Made by a program: the position numbers and the translations under genes. From NCBI GenBank assembly GCA_963848295.1, contig CAWKDB010000002.1:1376001-1440000 (forward strand): DNA of 64,000 nt, given 5' to 3'. Origin of the DNA: an uncultured delta proteobacterium. GTDB taxonomy: Bacteria; Myxococcota_A; Polyangia; Haliangiales; Haliangiaceae. How positions within the stretch are numbered: position 1 is the first letter of the stretch; each line of letters opens with the position of its first letter. Positions 51,509 through 62,435 of the stretch are shown in pieces. The notes under the pieces were generated by a model. That model worked only from the letters and a program-made list of their open reading frames with translations, did no database searches and was not told the DNA's origin.

Positions 51509-54500
51509 GCCGGAGCTCCGTGTTCGCCGCGGCTCTCGGCCGGTGCGGCCGGACGCTTGCGGCGCGAGAACCGATCCATGAACAGGTAGATCACCGGCGT
51601 CGTATACAGCGTGAGGATCTGCGACACGATCAGGCCGCCGACGATCGTGATGCCGAGCGGGCGCCGCAGCTCCGCCCCCGTGCCCGAGCCGAGCGCGAGC
51701 GGCAGCCCGCCGAGCAGCGCGGCCATCGTGGTCATCATGATCGGCCGGAACCGGAGCAAGCAGGCCTGGTAGATCGCCTGCTCCGGCGACTTGTGCTCCT
51801 CGCGCTCCGCCTCGAGCGCGAAGTCGATCATCATGATCGCGTTCTTCTTGACGATGCCGATCAACAGGACGATGCCGATCAGCGAGATGACGTCGAACGG
51901 CTTGCCGGTCAGGTTGAGCGCGAGGATCGCACCGACGCCGGCGGACGGCAGCGTCGACAGGATCGTGATCGGGTGGATGTAGCTCTCGTAGAGCACGCCG
52001 AGCACGATGTAGACCGTGATCAGCGCGGCGAGGATCAGGATCGGCTCGCTCGCGAGCGAGTCGCGGAACACCTGCGCCGCGCCGACGAACTGCGCGCGTC
52101 ATCGCCGGTGGCGGAGCCTGCGCGGCCACCGCGGTATCGATCGCCGACACCGCGTCGCCGAGCGAGACGCCCGGCGCCGTGTTGAACGACAGCGTGACCG
52201 ACGGGAACTGGCCCTGGTGGTCGATCGCGAGCGCGGTGCGCCGGGTCTCGAACCGGGCGATCTGAGACAGCGGGAACGCGGTACCGCTCGCGGACCGGAC
52301 ATAGAGTTTCTGGAGCGCGTCCGCCGACGAGCGATCCTTCGGCCGGACCTCGAGGATGATCCGATACTGGTTGAGCTGGGTGAACGTGGTCGAGACGATG
52401 CGCTGGCCGAACGCGTCGTACAGCGTGTCGTCGAGCACCTGCGCGCTGATCCCGAGACGCGACGCGGTATCGCGATCGACCACGAGGTGGATCTCGAGCC
52501 CGGAGTCCTGCTGGTCCGAGGCGACGTCGCGCAGCTCGGGCAGCGCGCGCATCGTGTGGAGCAGACGCGGCGCCCAGGTGTCGAGCTCGTCCGGGCTCGG
52601 ATCCTCGACGGTGTACTGATACTGCGTTCGGCTGATCCGGGCGTCGACCGTGAGGTCTTGCACCGGTTGCAGATAGGTCGTGATGCCCGCGACCTGCGCG
52701 AGCCTGGGCTGGAGCCGGTCGATGATCTCGGTGACGCTCGCGTCGCGGTCGTCGTGCGGCTTGAGCGCGATCGACAAGCGCCCGCTGTTCGTGGTCGGGT
52801 TCGTACCGTCGGCACCGATCGCCGACGACACCGAGGCGACATCGGGATCGGACAGCAGGACGTCCGCGACCCGCTGCTGGAGCGTCATCATCTCGGGGAA
52901 CGACACGTCCGGCGCGGCCTCGGTCACCGCGTTGATCAGCCCGGTGTCCTCGGTCGGGAAGAACCCCTTCGGGACGCGCACCGCGAGCAGCACCGTGCCC
53001 GCGAGCGTCGCGAGCGTGACGAGCAACGTCGACGTCTTGTGGCGCAGCACGAACTTCAGCGTGCGATCGTAGAACCGGGTGGTCCCCGCGAAGCCGCGCT
53101 CGAACGCGCGCACGATCACGTTCGGATGCTGTTCGGCGTGAGGCTTCAAGATCCACGCGCACATCATCGCGGTCAGCGTCAGCGACAGCACCGCCGACAT
53201 CCCGATCGCGATCGCGAGCGTGACCGCGAACTCGCGGAACAGCCGGCCGACCAGGCCGCTCATGAACAACAGCGGGATCAACACCGCGATCAGCGACACC
53301 GTGAGCGACACGATCGTGAACCCGATCTGCTTCGCGCCGATCAGCGCGGCCTGGAACGGTTTCTTGCCGGCCTCGATGTAGCGCGACACGTTCTCGATCA
53401 TCACGATCGCGTCGTCGACCACGAACCCGGTCGAGATCGTGAGCGCCATCAACGACAGGTTGTTGAGCGAGAAGTTCGCGAGCTTCATCACGCCGAACGT
53501 CCCGATCAGCGACAGGGGCACCGCGACGCCGGGGATGATCGTGGCGCGTGCGCTGCCCAGGAAGAAATAGATCACGCCGACGACGAGCACGATCGTCAGG
53601 ATCATCGTGAACTGGACGTCGTGAACCGACGCGCGCACCGTCTCGGTGCGATCGGACAGGATCGTCACGTCGATCGCCTGCGGCATCGACGCCTTGAGCT
53701 GCGGCAACAGCTTCTTGATGCCGTCGACCACGTCGATGATGTTCGCGCCGGGCTGGCGCTGGACGTTGAGGATGATCGCGCGCGTGCTGTGCGGCTTCTT
53801 CCCCGGCTCGCGGACCGCGGCCCATCCCGCGAGCTGATCGTTCTCGACGTCGTTGACGACATCGGCGACCTCGCCGAGCCGGATCACGGAGTTGTTGCGA
53901 ACGGCGATGATCAGCGGCCGGAAGTCCTCGGCCTTGGTCAGCTGGTCGTTGGTCTGGAGCGCCCAGTCTTGCCGCGGGCCATCGAGGTTGCCCTTGGGTT
54001 GGTTGACGTTCGCTGCGGCGATCGCGTTGCGGATGTCCTCGAGCGTGAGCCCGGCGCCGGCGAGCGCGACCGGATCGACGCGCACCCGGACCGCGGGCTT
54101 CTGTCCGCCGCCGATCGTGACGAGGCCGACGTCCTTGACCTGCGCGATCTTCTGCGCGAGCACCGAGTCCGCGTAGTCGTCGACCTGCGCGAGCGGCAGC
54201 GTGTCGGAGCTCACCGCGAGCGTGAGGATCGGCGTGTCGGCGGGGTTGGCCTTGTTGTAGGTCGGCGGCGCCGGCAGCGTGCGCGGCAACAGGTTCGACG
54301 CGGCGTTGATCGCGGCCTGGACGTCTTGCTCGGCGGCGTCGATGTCGCGATCGAGGGTGAACTGCAGCGTGATCTGCGAGCTGCCGAAGCTCGAGATCGA
54401 GGTCATCGACGCGAGCGACGGCACCTGGCCGAACTGGCGCTCGAGCGGCGTGGTCACCGCCGAGGCCATCGTCTCGGCGTTCGCGCCGGGCAGCGCGGTC

Positions 54501-54715
54501 GACACGATGATCGTCGGGTAGTCGACCTGCGGCAGCGCCGCCACCGGCAGCCCGGTGTAGGCGGTGATGCCCGCGAGCATGAGGCCGACCATCAGCAGCG
54601 TGGTCGCGACCGGCCGCCGGATGAACGGCTCGGAGATGCTGGCCGAACCGGTCGGAGGTAGCGGCTTCTCGAGCGGACCCGGCGGTCCACCGGTCGGCTG
54701 CGAGCCGTCGCTCAC
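51505..54715 (-). CDS. mdtB: RND efflux transporter MdtB-like (frameshift near 52095)
   Basis: [46 protein letters not shown]. Confidence 0.9.
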
Positions 54716-56022
54716 GGCGCAGGCGTTCCGGCCGCGGCGGTCGGCCCCGGCGCGCCTCCCGATCCGGCATGAGTCCGGCGATGGCCGGTGCCGGCTCCGC
54801 TACCACTGCCGCCACCGGGTCCGCCGCCGCCGCTGCCACTCGGCGGTCCGCCGCTCGAGGCCCCGGGTTGGGTCGCCACGACGCGGCCGCCCGGACGGAG
54901 CTGGGCTTGGCCTTCGATCACGACCTGGTCGCCCTTGGCAACGCCCTTCGTGATCACCGTCAGGTCACCCGGCGTCGCCTCGATCGTGACCGGCTTCATC
55001 TGGGCGGTGCCATTCTCGACGACGTAGACGAACGGCCCGTTCGGCCCTTCCTGGATCGCGACCGCCGGAACGACCAGTGCATCTTTGCGGGTCTCGAGCA
55101 GGAGCCGCGCCTTGACGAACGCGTTCGGCCACAGCACCGACTTGTCGTTCTTGACGATCGCCTTGATCCGGAGCTGCGCGGTCGTCGTGTTGATCTGGTT
55201 ATCGAGGATCGCCTGATCGCCTTCGGCGAGCTTCTCGCTGCCATCGTGGTTGAAGATCTGGACCTGAATGCCGCCGCGGGCGAGCGCTGCCGCGACCGCG
55301 GTGAGCTTGTCCTGCGGCACGGTGAAGAACACCGCCGCCGGATCGACCTTCGTGATCACGACGAGCCCGTTGGCATCGCTCGCGTGCACGACGTTGCCCG
55401 CGTCGACCTGGCGGACGCCGGCGATGCCGTCGAGCGGCGACTTGACCTGGGCGTAGTCGAGATCGAGCTGCGCCAACTCGATCTGCGACTGATCGATCTT
55501 CATCGCACCCTCGGCCTGGCCGAGTTGGCCCGCGAGGTCGTCGACCGTGACCTGCGCGATCAGGTTCTGCTTGCGTAGATCCAGGTCGCGATCGTAGTCG
55601 CGCTTGAACGAGTCGCGTTGCGCACGGTCGCGGGCGAGCGCGCCTTGCGCGTCGTGGAGCTGGACGATGAACGGACGCGGGTCGATCTCGGCGATCACCT
55701 GGCCCGCCTTGACCGGCTCGCCTTCGGCGAACAGGACCTTCTCGAGCAGGCCGTCGACCTGGGTGTGAACCGTGACCTGCTGAAATGCGGCGACCGTTCC
55801 GATGCCCTCGAGCCAGATCGGTAGATCCATCTGCTCGACCGTTGCGACTTGGACCGGAACGACGCGGTCGCCGGAGCTGCCCTGCGCCCCGGCTTTTCCG
55901 CCGCTCCCGTTCGCCGCCGATCCGCCATCGCCGTGCTGGCACGCCGCGAGCCATGGGGTCGCGGCGGCAAGGGTAAAGGTCACCGCGATCGCGTGCGCAT
56001 AGCGTGTTGTTCGGAGGCTCAT
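54712..56022 (-). CDS. mdtA: RND membrane fusion protein MdtA-like
   Basis: WLAAC lipobox; V..QVDG.L, IDPRPF, SPLDG..G.RQVD.GN, LWPNAFV. Confidence 0.9.
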   Translation of the reverse strand: MSLRTTRYAHAIAVTFTLAAATPWLAACQHGDGGSAANGSGGKAGAQGSSGDRVVPVQVATVEQMDLPIWLEGIGTVAAFQQVTVHTQVDGLLEKVLFAEGEPVKAGQVIAEIDPRPFIVQLHDAQGALARDRAQRDSFKRDYDRDLDLRKQNLIAQVTVDDLAGQLGQAEGAMKIDQSQIELAQLDLDYAQVKSPLDGIAGVRQVDAGNVVHASDANGLVVITKVDPAAVFFTVPQDKLTAVAAALARGGIQVQIFNHDGSEKLAEGDQAILDNQINTTTAQLRIKAIVKNDKSVLWPNAFVKARLLLETRKDALVVPAVAIQEGPNGPFVYVVENGTAQMKPVTIEATPGDLTVITKGVAKGDQVVIEGQAQLRPGGRVVATQPGASSGGPPSGSGGGGPGGGSGSGAGTGHRRTHAGSGGAPGPTAAAGTPAP

Positions 56023-56054
56023 CGTCGACGACGGCAGGATGGCACCCTTCTCCG

Positions 56055-56070
56055 TGCGAATGCTTTGCCA
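56055..56070 (-). promoter_or_regulatory. Possible sigma-54 promoter for mdtABC
   Basis: Minus strand TGGCAAAGCATTCGCA (TGGCA, GG-N10-GC), about 33 bp upstream of the mdtA ATG. Confidence 0.4.
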
Positions 56071-56147
56071 ACGTATGAACGAGTGTGAACTGCATCCCGC
56101 CGCGAGAGCGCCACAGTGGCTCTCGACCGAGATATAGTCGCGGGACC

Positions 56148-57329
56148 GTGACCACGCGCAGCGCAGTGAAATCTAGTGAGTTGGTGACGAGCACGGCCGC
56201 CGTCGCCGAAGAAGTCGCCGCCAAGCATGCGGCGGACGTCGACCAGAAGAGTCGGTTTCCACTGGAGACATTCGCCGCACTGAAGCACGGCAAGCTGTTG
56301 TCGGGTGCCGTACCGAAATCGCTAGGTGGGCACGGCGCCGGGATGCTCGAGCTCGGCTTGCAGTGCCATGCGCTCGCGCACGGTTGTGGCTCTTCGGCGA
56401 TGATCCTCGCGATGCACCACATCCAGGTCGCGTGTATCGCGCGTCACGGCCTGGGTGCGCCGTTCTTCGACAAGTACATGCGAGAGCATCTGGTCGCACG
56501 CCAAGACGTCATCGCCTCGATCACGTCGGAGAACGGGACGTTCGGCGACACGCGCTCCAGCGTGTGTGCGGTCGAAGTCACGGGCGACAAGATCAAGCTC
56601 GACAAGGACGCCACGACCGTGAGCTACGGCCAACACGCCGATGCACAGCTCGTGACGTGCCGGCGCGCGGCCGATGCGACGGCGAGCGATCAGGTGCTCG
56701 TGCTGTTCAAGCACGGCGACTATACGCTCGACCAGACCGGGACCTGGGACACGCTCGGCATGCGCGGCACGTGCAGCCCCGGCGCGAAGTTCTCCGGCCA
56801 CGGCGGGACCGAGCAGATCGTCCCGGGCTCGTTCGCCGACAGCTCGGCGCAGACGATGGTGCCGTACTCGCACATCTTGTGGGCTTCGTTGTGGACCGGC
56901 ATCGCGGGCGACGCGCTCGGCCGCGCGGCGCAGTATGTCCGCGGCGAGGCGCGCAAGAAGCCGGGCACCGTGCCGCCGAACGCGACGCGACTCGCCCGAG
57001 CGCACGTCGATTTGCAGGCGATGCGCCACAACTGGGAGTCGTGCGCTCGCGAGTTCGACGAGCTCGGCGACGGCCCAGGCGCGCGTGAGGCGCTCGGCTC
57101 GATGGGCTGGGCGCTGCGGATGAACCAGCTCAAGATGAACATCTCGGAGATGGCGCCGAAGATCGTCCACGAGGCGCTGCAGATCATCGGGATCATGGCC
57201 TACAAGAACGACTCGAAGTTCACCGTCGGCCGGCACTATCGCGACGTGCTGAGCGGCGCGTTGATGGTGTCGAACGAGCGCATCGCCGGCAAGAGCGCGT
57301 CGATGCTGCTGGTGTTCAAGGACGACTGA
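56148..57329 (+). CDS. Acyl-CoA/acyl-ACP dehydrogenase family protein
   Basis: A..VD..SRFP, VP..LGG.G, SSAMILAMH, WDTLGMRGTCS, ALQIIG..AY; start uncertain. Confidence 0.88.
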   Translation: MTTRSAVKSSELVTSTAAVAEEVAAKHAADVDQKSRFPLETFAALKHGKLLSGAVPKSLGGHGAGMLELGLQCHALAHGCGSSAMILAMHHIQVACIARHGLGAPFFDKYMREHLVARQDVIASITSENGTFGDTRSSVCAVEVTGDKIKLDKDATTVSYGQHADAQLVTCRRAADATASDQVLVLFKHGDYTLDQTGTWDTLGMRGTCSPGAKFSGHGGTEQIVPGSFADSSAQTMVPYSHILWASLWTGIAGDALGRAAQYVRGEARKKPGTVPPNATRLARAHVDLQAMRHNWESCAREFDELGDGPGAREALGSMGWALRMNQLKMNISEMAPKIVHEALQIIGIMAYKNDSKFTVGRHYRDVLSGALMVSNERIAGKSASMLLVFKDD

Positions 57330-57338
57330 GGAGGCGAC

Positions 57339-58253
57339 ATGCCAGCCACCGAATTCGATGCGCTGAAGTTTCACGACGGCTTGGTCAAGGCCGGGCTGAT
57401 CGTCCCGGTCGGCGTGCCGGGCGCGTTCGGCCGCAACCACGTGTTCGAATCGGTCCTCGAAGGATTCAACAACGCGGTCACACGGCTCGCGAAGGACGAC
57501 GGCGCCGAGTACTTCGTGTACCCGCCCGTGATCGACCGCAAGGTGCTCGAGAAGACCGACTACATGGATTCGTTCCCGCACCTCGCGGGCACGGTACACA
57601 GCTTCTTCGGCAAAGAGCTCGATGCACGCAAGCTGTCCGAGCGGATCCACGCTGGCGAGATGTGGGGCAGCGAGATGGGCATCACCGGCGTGACGCTCAA
57701 CCCCGCCGCTTGCTATCCGGTCTATCCGAGCTTCACCGGCACCGTGCCGGCGCAAGGCAAGCTCGTCACGATGCTCAACTGGGTCTATCGCCACGAGCCG
57801 TCGCCCGAGCCGACGCGGATGCAGGCGTTTCGCGTTCGCGAGTTCGTGCGGTGCGGCACGCCCGATCAAGTCGTCGAGTGGCGCGACATGTGGCTCCATC
57901 GCGGCCACGGCCTGCTCGAGGCACTTGGCCTACCGGCGCAGAAGGACGTCGCGAGCGATCCGTTCTTCGGCAAGGGCGGCAAGATGCTCGCGGCGAGCCA
58001 GCGCGAGCAGAAGCTGAAGTTCGAGGTGCTCGTCCCGGTGATCTCGACAGAGCATCCGACCGCGTGCTGCTCGTTCAACTTCCACGAGGGCCATTTCGGT
58101 GAAGCCTTCGAGATCAAGACGCCCGACGGCGCGGTCGCGAATACCGCGTGCCTCGGCTTCGGCCTCGAGCGCGTCTGTATGGCGCTGTTTCAGACCCACG
58201 GCTTCGATCCCGGCGCGTGGCCGAACGTCGTGCGCAACATCCTGTGGCCGTGA
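57339..58253 (+). CDS. Amino acid:[carrier protein] ligase (SerRS-like class II homolog lacking a tRNA-binding domain)
   Basis: YMDSFPHLAG, PAACYPVY, motif 2 YRHEPS..PTRMQAFRVREFV, ASDPFFG, SFNFH..HFG, motif 3 TACLGFGLER; 304 aa. Confidence 0.92.
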   Translation: MPATEFDALKFHDGLVKAGLIVPVGVPGAFGRNHVFESVLEGFNNAVTRLAKDDGAEYFVYPPVIDRKVLEKTDYMDSFPHLAGTVHSFFGKELDARKLSERIHAGEMWGSEMGITGVTLNPAACYPVYPSFTGTVPAQGKLVTMLNWVYRHEPSPEPTRMQAFRVREFVRCGTPDQVVEWRDMWLHRGHGLLEALGLPAQKDVASDPFFGKGGKMLAASQREQKLKFEVLVPVISTEHPTACCSFNFHEGHFGEAFEIKTPDGAVANTACLGFGLERVCMALFQTHGFDPGAWPNVVRNILWP

Positions 58254-59224
58254 GAGTCCTACCGCTCGACGCGACCGCGTATCAGCGGCACTCGCTGCAC
58301 GCCGACGCGCGCGTGTGGGTCGAGAAGAACTGCTACGTCGACATCTGGATCGAGGTCATCCACGCGATCGGGTGCGAGCCGATGGCGGTGTTGCCGTTCG
58401 TCGTCGCGCTCGACTTCGAGGGCGATCAATGGACGTTCTTCAAGCCGCCGCACGACGAGCTGCGCGACCTCTACGGCCTCGACGTCCAAGAGCTCAACTG
58501 CTGGCGGCCGTTGCTCGAGCACGCCGAGGAACATCTCGCCGCCGGCAAGCTGATCTCGACCGAAGCTGACGCCTGGTGGCTGCCCGATACGTCGGGCACC
58601 GATTACCGCACGCAACATACGAAGTCGACGATCGTGCTGTCCGAGCTCGACGTCCCGGCCAAGCGGCTCGGCTATTTCCACAACGCCGGCTACTTCACGC
58701 TCGAAGGCGAGGACTTCGACAAGACGTTTCGCATCGGCGTGCCGCACGACCCGGCGTTCATGCCGTTCTTCGCCGAGCTCGTGCGCATCGATCGCGTCAT
58801 CGTGCGGCCCACGGCCGAGCTCGAAGCGATGTCGGGCAAGCTGCTCGCGCGCCACCTCGCGCATCGGCCGACGACGAACCCGGTGCGCCGGTTCGGCGAG
58901 CGGTTCGCGCGCGATTTGCCTGACATCATCACGCGCGGCCTGCCCTACTATCACGCGTGGGCGTTCGCGACCGTGCGCCAGCTCGGCGCGGCGGCAGAGC
59001 TGATGGCGCTCTATCTGCGCTGGCTGACCGCGAGCGGCGACGGCGGCCAGTTCGCGCCGGCGGTCACCGCGTACGATGCGATCTCGACCGGCGCCAAGTC
59101 GTTCATCTTGAAGATCGCGCGCGTGGTCAACGGCAAGAAGCCGTTCGACGGCGGTGCGCTGTTCGGCGAGTGGGCCGACGCGTGGGACCGCGCGATCGCG
59201 ACGTTAGAGCAGCGCGCCGACTGA
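58250..59224 (+). CDS. DUF1839-like protein
   Basis: H.LH...R.W.E.NCYVD.WIE, DFEGDQWTFFKP, DAWWLPDT.GT.Y...H.K, YFHNAG, YHAWAFAT.RQ.G; GTGA overlap with the ligase. Confidence 0.8.
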   Translation: MRVLPLDATAYQRHSLHADARVWVEKNCYVDIWIEVIHAIGCEPMAVLPFVVALDFEGDQWTFFKPPHDELRDLYGLDVQELNCWRPLLEHAEEHLAAGKLISTEADAWWLPDTSGTDYRTQHTKSTIVLSELDVPAKRLGYFHNAGYFTLEGEDFDKTFRIGVPHDPAFMPFFAELVRIDRVIVRPTAELEAMSGKLLARHLAHRPTTNPVRRFGERFARDLPDIITRGLPYYHAWAFATVRQLGAAAELMALYLRWLTASGDGGQFAPAVTAYDAISTGAKSFILKIARVVNGKKPFDGGALFGEWADAWDRAIATLEQRAD

Positions 59225-59279
59225 GTATTCATGCATCGGCAACTGACGGCTGCACGGCCACGGCGTTAAGCTGTGAGCA

Positions 59280-59702
59280 GTGCTCCGAGTCGGGACCGAC
59301 CTCGTGCAGATCAGCAGGATCGTCAAGACCTACGACGCGTTCGGCGCGCGGTTCGTCCGCCGCGTGTTCACCGACCACGAGGCCGAGTACGCGATCGGCT
59401 CGCCTGCGACCGCGCCGCAGACCAGCGCGAGCCGGCTCGCGACTCGGTTCGCGGCCAAGGAAGCGGCCAAGAAGATCCTGCGCAGCCACGGCATCGGCTG
59501 GCGCGAGATCGAAGTTCGTCGCCGCGACAACGGCGCGTGCGACATCGCGCTGTACGGGGCCGCGCGCGCGGCGGCCGAAGCGATCGGCGCGCACGACTTT
59601 GCGTTATCGTTGAGCCGCGACGGGGACTATGCGATCGCGGTCGTCGTCGCGAATCTGACGCCCTCGTCCCAACACGCAGTCACGAGAACCTATGAGCGAT
59701 AA
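59280..59702 (+). CDS. acpS: AcpS-type 4'-phosphopantetheinyl transferase
   Basis: VGTDLV, RF..RVFT..E, RFAAKEA..K, WREIEV, LSLS.DGDYAIA. Confidence 0.88.
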   Translation: MLRVGTDLVQISRIVKTYDAFGARFVRRVFTDHEAEYAIGSPATAPQTSASRLATRFAAKEAAKKILRSHGIGWREIEVRRRDNGACDIALYGAARAAAEAIGAHDFALSLSRDGDYAIAVVVANLTPSSQHAVTRTYER

Positions 59703-59943
59703 CGCGTCGAAGATCCGCACCATCCTCAAAGATCACGGCCGGCTGACCAAGGACGCGACCGAGCTCGCGGACGAAGCCGACTTGTATCAAGCGGGCATGA
59801 CCTCACACGCCAGCGTCAACGTCATGCTCGCGCTCGAAGGTGAGTTCGACGTCGAGTTCCCCGATCACATGCTCAAGCGCAGCGTGTTCGAGAGCATCGC
59901 CGCGATTCGCACCGCGATCGACGAGCTGACCGCGGGTCGGTGA
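59692..59943 (+). CDS. Acyl/aminoacyl carrier protein
   Basis: 83 aa, acidic; DLYQAGMTSHASVNVMLALEGEFDVEFPD with the attachment Ser in T-S-H. Confidence 0.9.
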   Translation: MSDNASKIRTILKDHGRLTKDATELADEADLYQAGMTSHASVNVMLALEGEFDVEFPDHMLKRSVFESIAAIRTAIDELTAGR

Positions 59944-62435
59944 TGCGCGGTCGAATCCGCGGTGTCACCGGAAATCGCCGCGTCGCGATCGACCAGGGCT
60001 GGGAGCTCACCGCCACGGCCGCCGGTTCGCACGCCGACCCGAGCCGGCTCGACGAGCTGTGGACCCCGACGAGCGTACCCGGCACTGCAGCGAGTGCGTT
60101 GCGCGCCGGCGGGGTCTCGAGCTGGGACGATCCGTACGCGTTCGATGGCGACGATTGGTGGTGGCGCGTCGCGCTGCCCGCCGACGCCGCGAGCGCGTCC
60201 CCGACCGCACCGATCACGATCGGCTTCGACGGCGTCGCGACGTTGTGGGACGCCTGGATCGACGGCGAATGGGTCGCGCACGGCGATGGCATGTTCACCG
60301 CGCGCGAGATCGAGCTGCGCACGCCGGGCAGTCAGCTCGTGATTCGCTGTCGCTCGCTCACCGCCGAGCTCGCGCGGAAGCGACCGCGCCCGCGCTGGAA
60401 GGTGCCGATGCTCGAGCAGCAGCAGCTGCGTTGGTTTCGCACCACGCTGCTCGGCCGGACGCCCGGGTGGTCGCCGCCGTGCCCTGCGATCGGACCATGG
60501 CGCCCGGTGTGGCTCGAGCGGCGCGTGCTCGCGGTCGGCGAGGTCGCGCTCGACGTCCAGCTCGTCGCCGGCGTCGGGTTCGTTCGGGTCGGCGCCCAGC
60601 TCGGCGATGCCGACGGCGCGACGCTGCTGCTCGCGCACGGCGATCAGCGCGTGACGGTGGCGCTCGCGCTCGAAGCCGGCGCCTGGGTCGGCAGCGCCCG
60701 GATCGAGGACCCGGTGCTGTGGTGGCCGCACACCCACGGCGCACCCGCGCGCTATGCGGTGTCGATCGTCGCGATGCGCAAGGGCGAGACGTTCACGATC
60801 GATCTCGGCCACACCGGGTTTCGCTCGATCACGCTCGATCGCGGCGCGCTCGGCGACGACTTCGCGATCAGCGTCAACGGCGTGCCCGTGTTCTGCCGCG
60901 GCGCGTGCTGGACGCCCCTCGATCCGGTCTCGCTCGGCGCGAGCCCGAGCGCGTATGACGCGGCGGTCCGTCAGATCGTGGACGCCGGCATGAACATGGT
61001 GCGGATCGGCGGCACGATGGTCTACGAGGACGCCGCGCTGCACGACGCGCTCGACGAGCATGGCGTGTTGCTGTGGCAGGATCTGATGTTCGCGAACATG
61101 GACTATCCCGACGACGCCGAGCTCACGCGCGCCATCGAGATCGAGGTCGACCAGCAGCTCGCGCGCTTGCAGGCGCGGCCAGCGCTCGCGATCGTGTGTG
61201 GCAACAGCGAGGGCGAGCAGCAAGCGGCGATGTGGGGGGTCGAGCGCGCGCGCTGGTCGCCGCCGCTGTTCCACGAGGTCATCCCGCGGGTGATCGAACG
61301 CCGGATGCCGGGCACCGCGTACGTGCCGTCGAGCGCGCACGGCGGCGCGTTCCCGCACGCGTCGAACGCCGGGCCGTCGTCGTACTACGGCGTCGGTGCG
61401 TATCTCCGCCCGCTCGAAGATGCCCGCCGCGCGGAGGTCCGGTTCGCGTCGGAGTGCCTCGCGTTCGCGAATATCCCGGCGGCGAGTGGGTTGCCCGGTG
61501 GCGCCGCGCTGCGCGTGCATCACCCCGCATGGAAGGCGCGCTCGCCTCGCGACCTCGGCGCGGGCTGGGACTTCGACGACGTCCGCGATCACTACATGCA
61601 ACGGCTGTACGGCGTCGATCCGGTGGCGCTCCGCGTCGCCGATCACGAGCGCTATCTCGCGCTCGGCCGCGCCGCGACCGGCGAGGTGATGGCGCAGACG
61701 TTCAGCGAGTGGCGGCGCGCTCGCTCGACGTGCCGCGGCGCGCTCGTGTGGTTCCTGCGCGATCTGTGGCCGGGCGCCGGCTGGGGCCTCGTCGATGCGC
61801 ACGGCGCGGCGAAGCCATGTTGGTATCCGGTGCGGCGGGCGCTGCAGCCGACCTGGGTCGCGTTCAGCGACGAAGGCACGAACGGCCTCGTGCTCCACGT
61901 CGGCGACGAGTCCGCCGCGCCCATGCCAATGCGGCTCGACGTCGCGTTGTGGCGCGCCGGCGAGATCGCGGTCGGCCGCGGCGGCGTGGACCTCGACCTG
62001 GCCCCGCGTCAGACGATCGAAGTTCCGGCCGCGTCGCTGTTCGATGGCTTCCTCGATCTGTCGTTCGCGTACCGGTTCGGACCGCCGGTCGCGCACGTCG
62101 TCCACGCCACGCTGTCGACCCGGGCCGACGGCATGCCCGTCGCCCACGCGTACTGGTTCCCCGCCGGACTGCCGGCGACGCGCGAGGTCGAGGTCGGCCT
62201 GTCCGCGCGCGCGAAGCTGCTGAACGACGACCTCGCCGAGCTCACGGTCGCGACGAAGCGGTTCGCCCAGACCGTCGCGATCGACGCGCCCGGCTTTGCG
62301 CCGCACGACGACTACTTCCACCTCGCGCCCGGTCAGGCGCGCACCGTCGTGCTCCGGCGAGTCGCGCCCGGTGCGTTGCGCGGCCACGTCGACGCGCTCA
62401 ACGCGGAGACCGGCGCGAAGATCGAGCTGAGCTAG
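59943..62435 (+). CDS. Glycoside hydrolase family 2, beta-mannosidase-like
   Basis: WWPHTHG.P..Y, VNGVPVFCRGACW, MNMVRIGG..VYE, G.LLWQDLMFA, CGNSE, FASEC; no signal peptide. Confidence 0.88.
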   Translation: MRGRIRGVTGNRRVAIDQGWELTATAAGSHADPSRLDELWTPTSVPGTAASALRAGGVSSWDDPYAFDGDDWWWRVALPADAASASPTAPITIGFDGVATLWDAWIDGEWVAHGDGMFTAREIELRTPGSQLVIRCRSLTAELARKRPRPRWKVPMLEQQQLRWFRTTLLGRTPGWSPPCPAIGPWRPVWLERRVLAVGEVALDVQLVAGVGFVRVGAQLGDADGATLLLAHGDQRVTVALALEAGAWVGSARIEDPVLWWPHTHGAPARYAVSIVAMRKGETFTIDLGHTGFRSITLDRGALGDDFAISVNGVPVFCRGACWTPLDPVSLGASPSAYDAAVRQIVDAGMNMVRIGGTMVYEDAALHDALDEHGVLLWQDLMFANMDYPDDAELTRAIEIEVDQQLARLQARPALAIVCGNSEGEQQAAMWGVERARWSPPLFHEVIPRVIERRMPGTAYVPSSAHGGAFPHASNAGPSSYYGVGAYLRPLEDARRAEVRFASECLAFANIPAASGLPGGAALRVHHPAWKARSPRDLGAGWDFDDVRDHYMQRLYGVDPVALRVADHERYLALGRAATGEVMAQTFSEWRRARSTCRGALVWFLRDLWPGAGWGLVDAHGAAKPCWYPVRRALQPTWVAFSDEGTNGLVLHVGDESAAPMPMRLDVALWRAGEIAVGRGGVDLDLAPRQTIEVPAASLFDGFLDLSFAYRFGPPVAHVVHATLSTRADGMPVAHAYWFPAGLPATREVEVGLSARAKLLNDDLAELTVATKRFAQTVAIDAPGFAPHDDYFHLAPGQARTVVLRRVAPGALRGHVDALNAETGAKIELS

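Noticed and set aside
48184..52100. MdtB-MdtC fusion (1517-aa ORF) or split RND genes
   Set aside because: Explained by frameshifts. Separate start and stop signals for mdtB and mdtC overlap at 51505-51508.
57339..58253. Housekeeping seryl-tRNA synthetase
   Set aside because: Too short, lacks the tRNA-binding domain, and is clustered with an ACP and PPTase.
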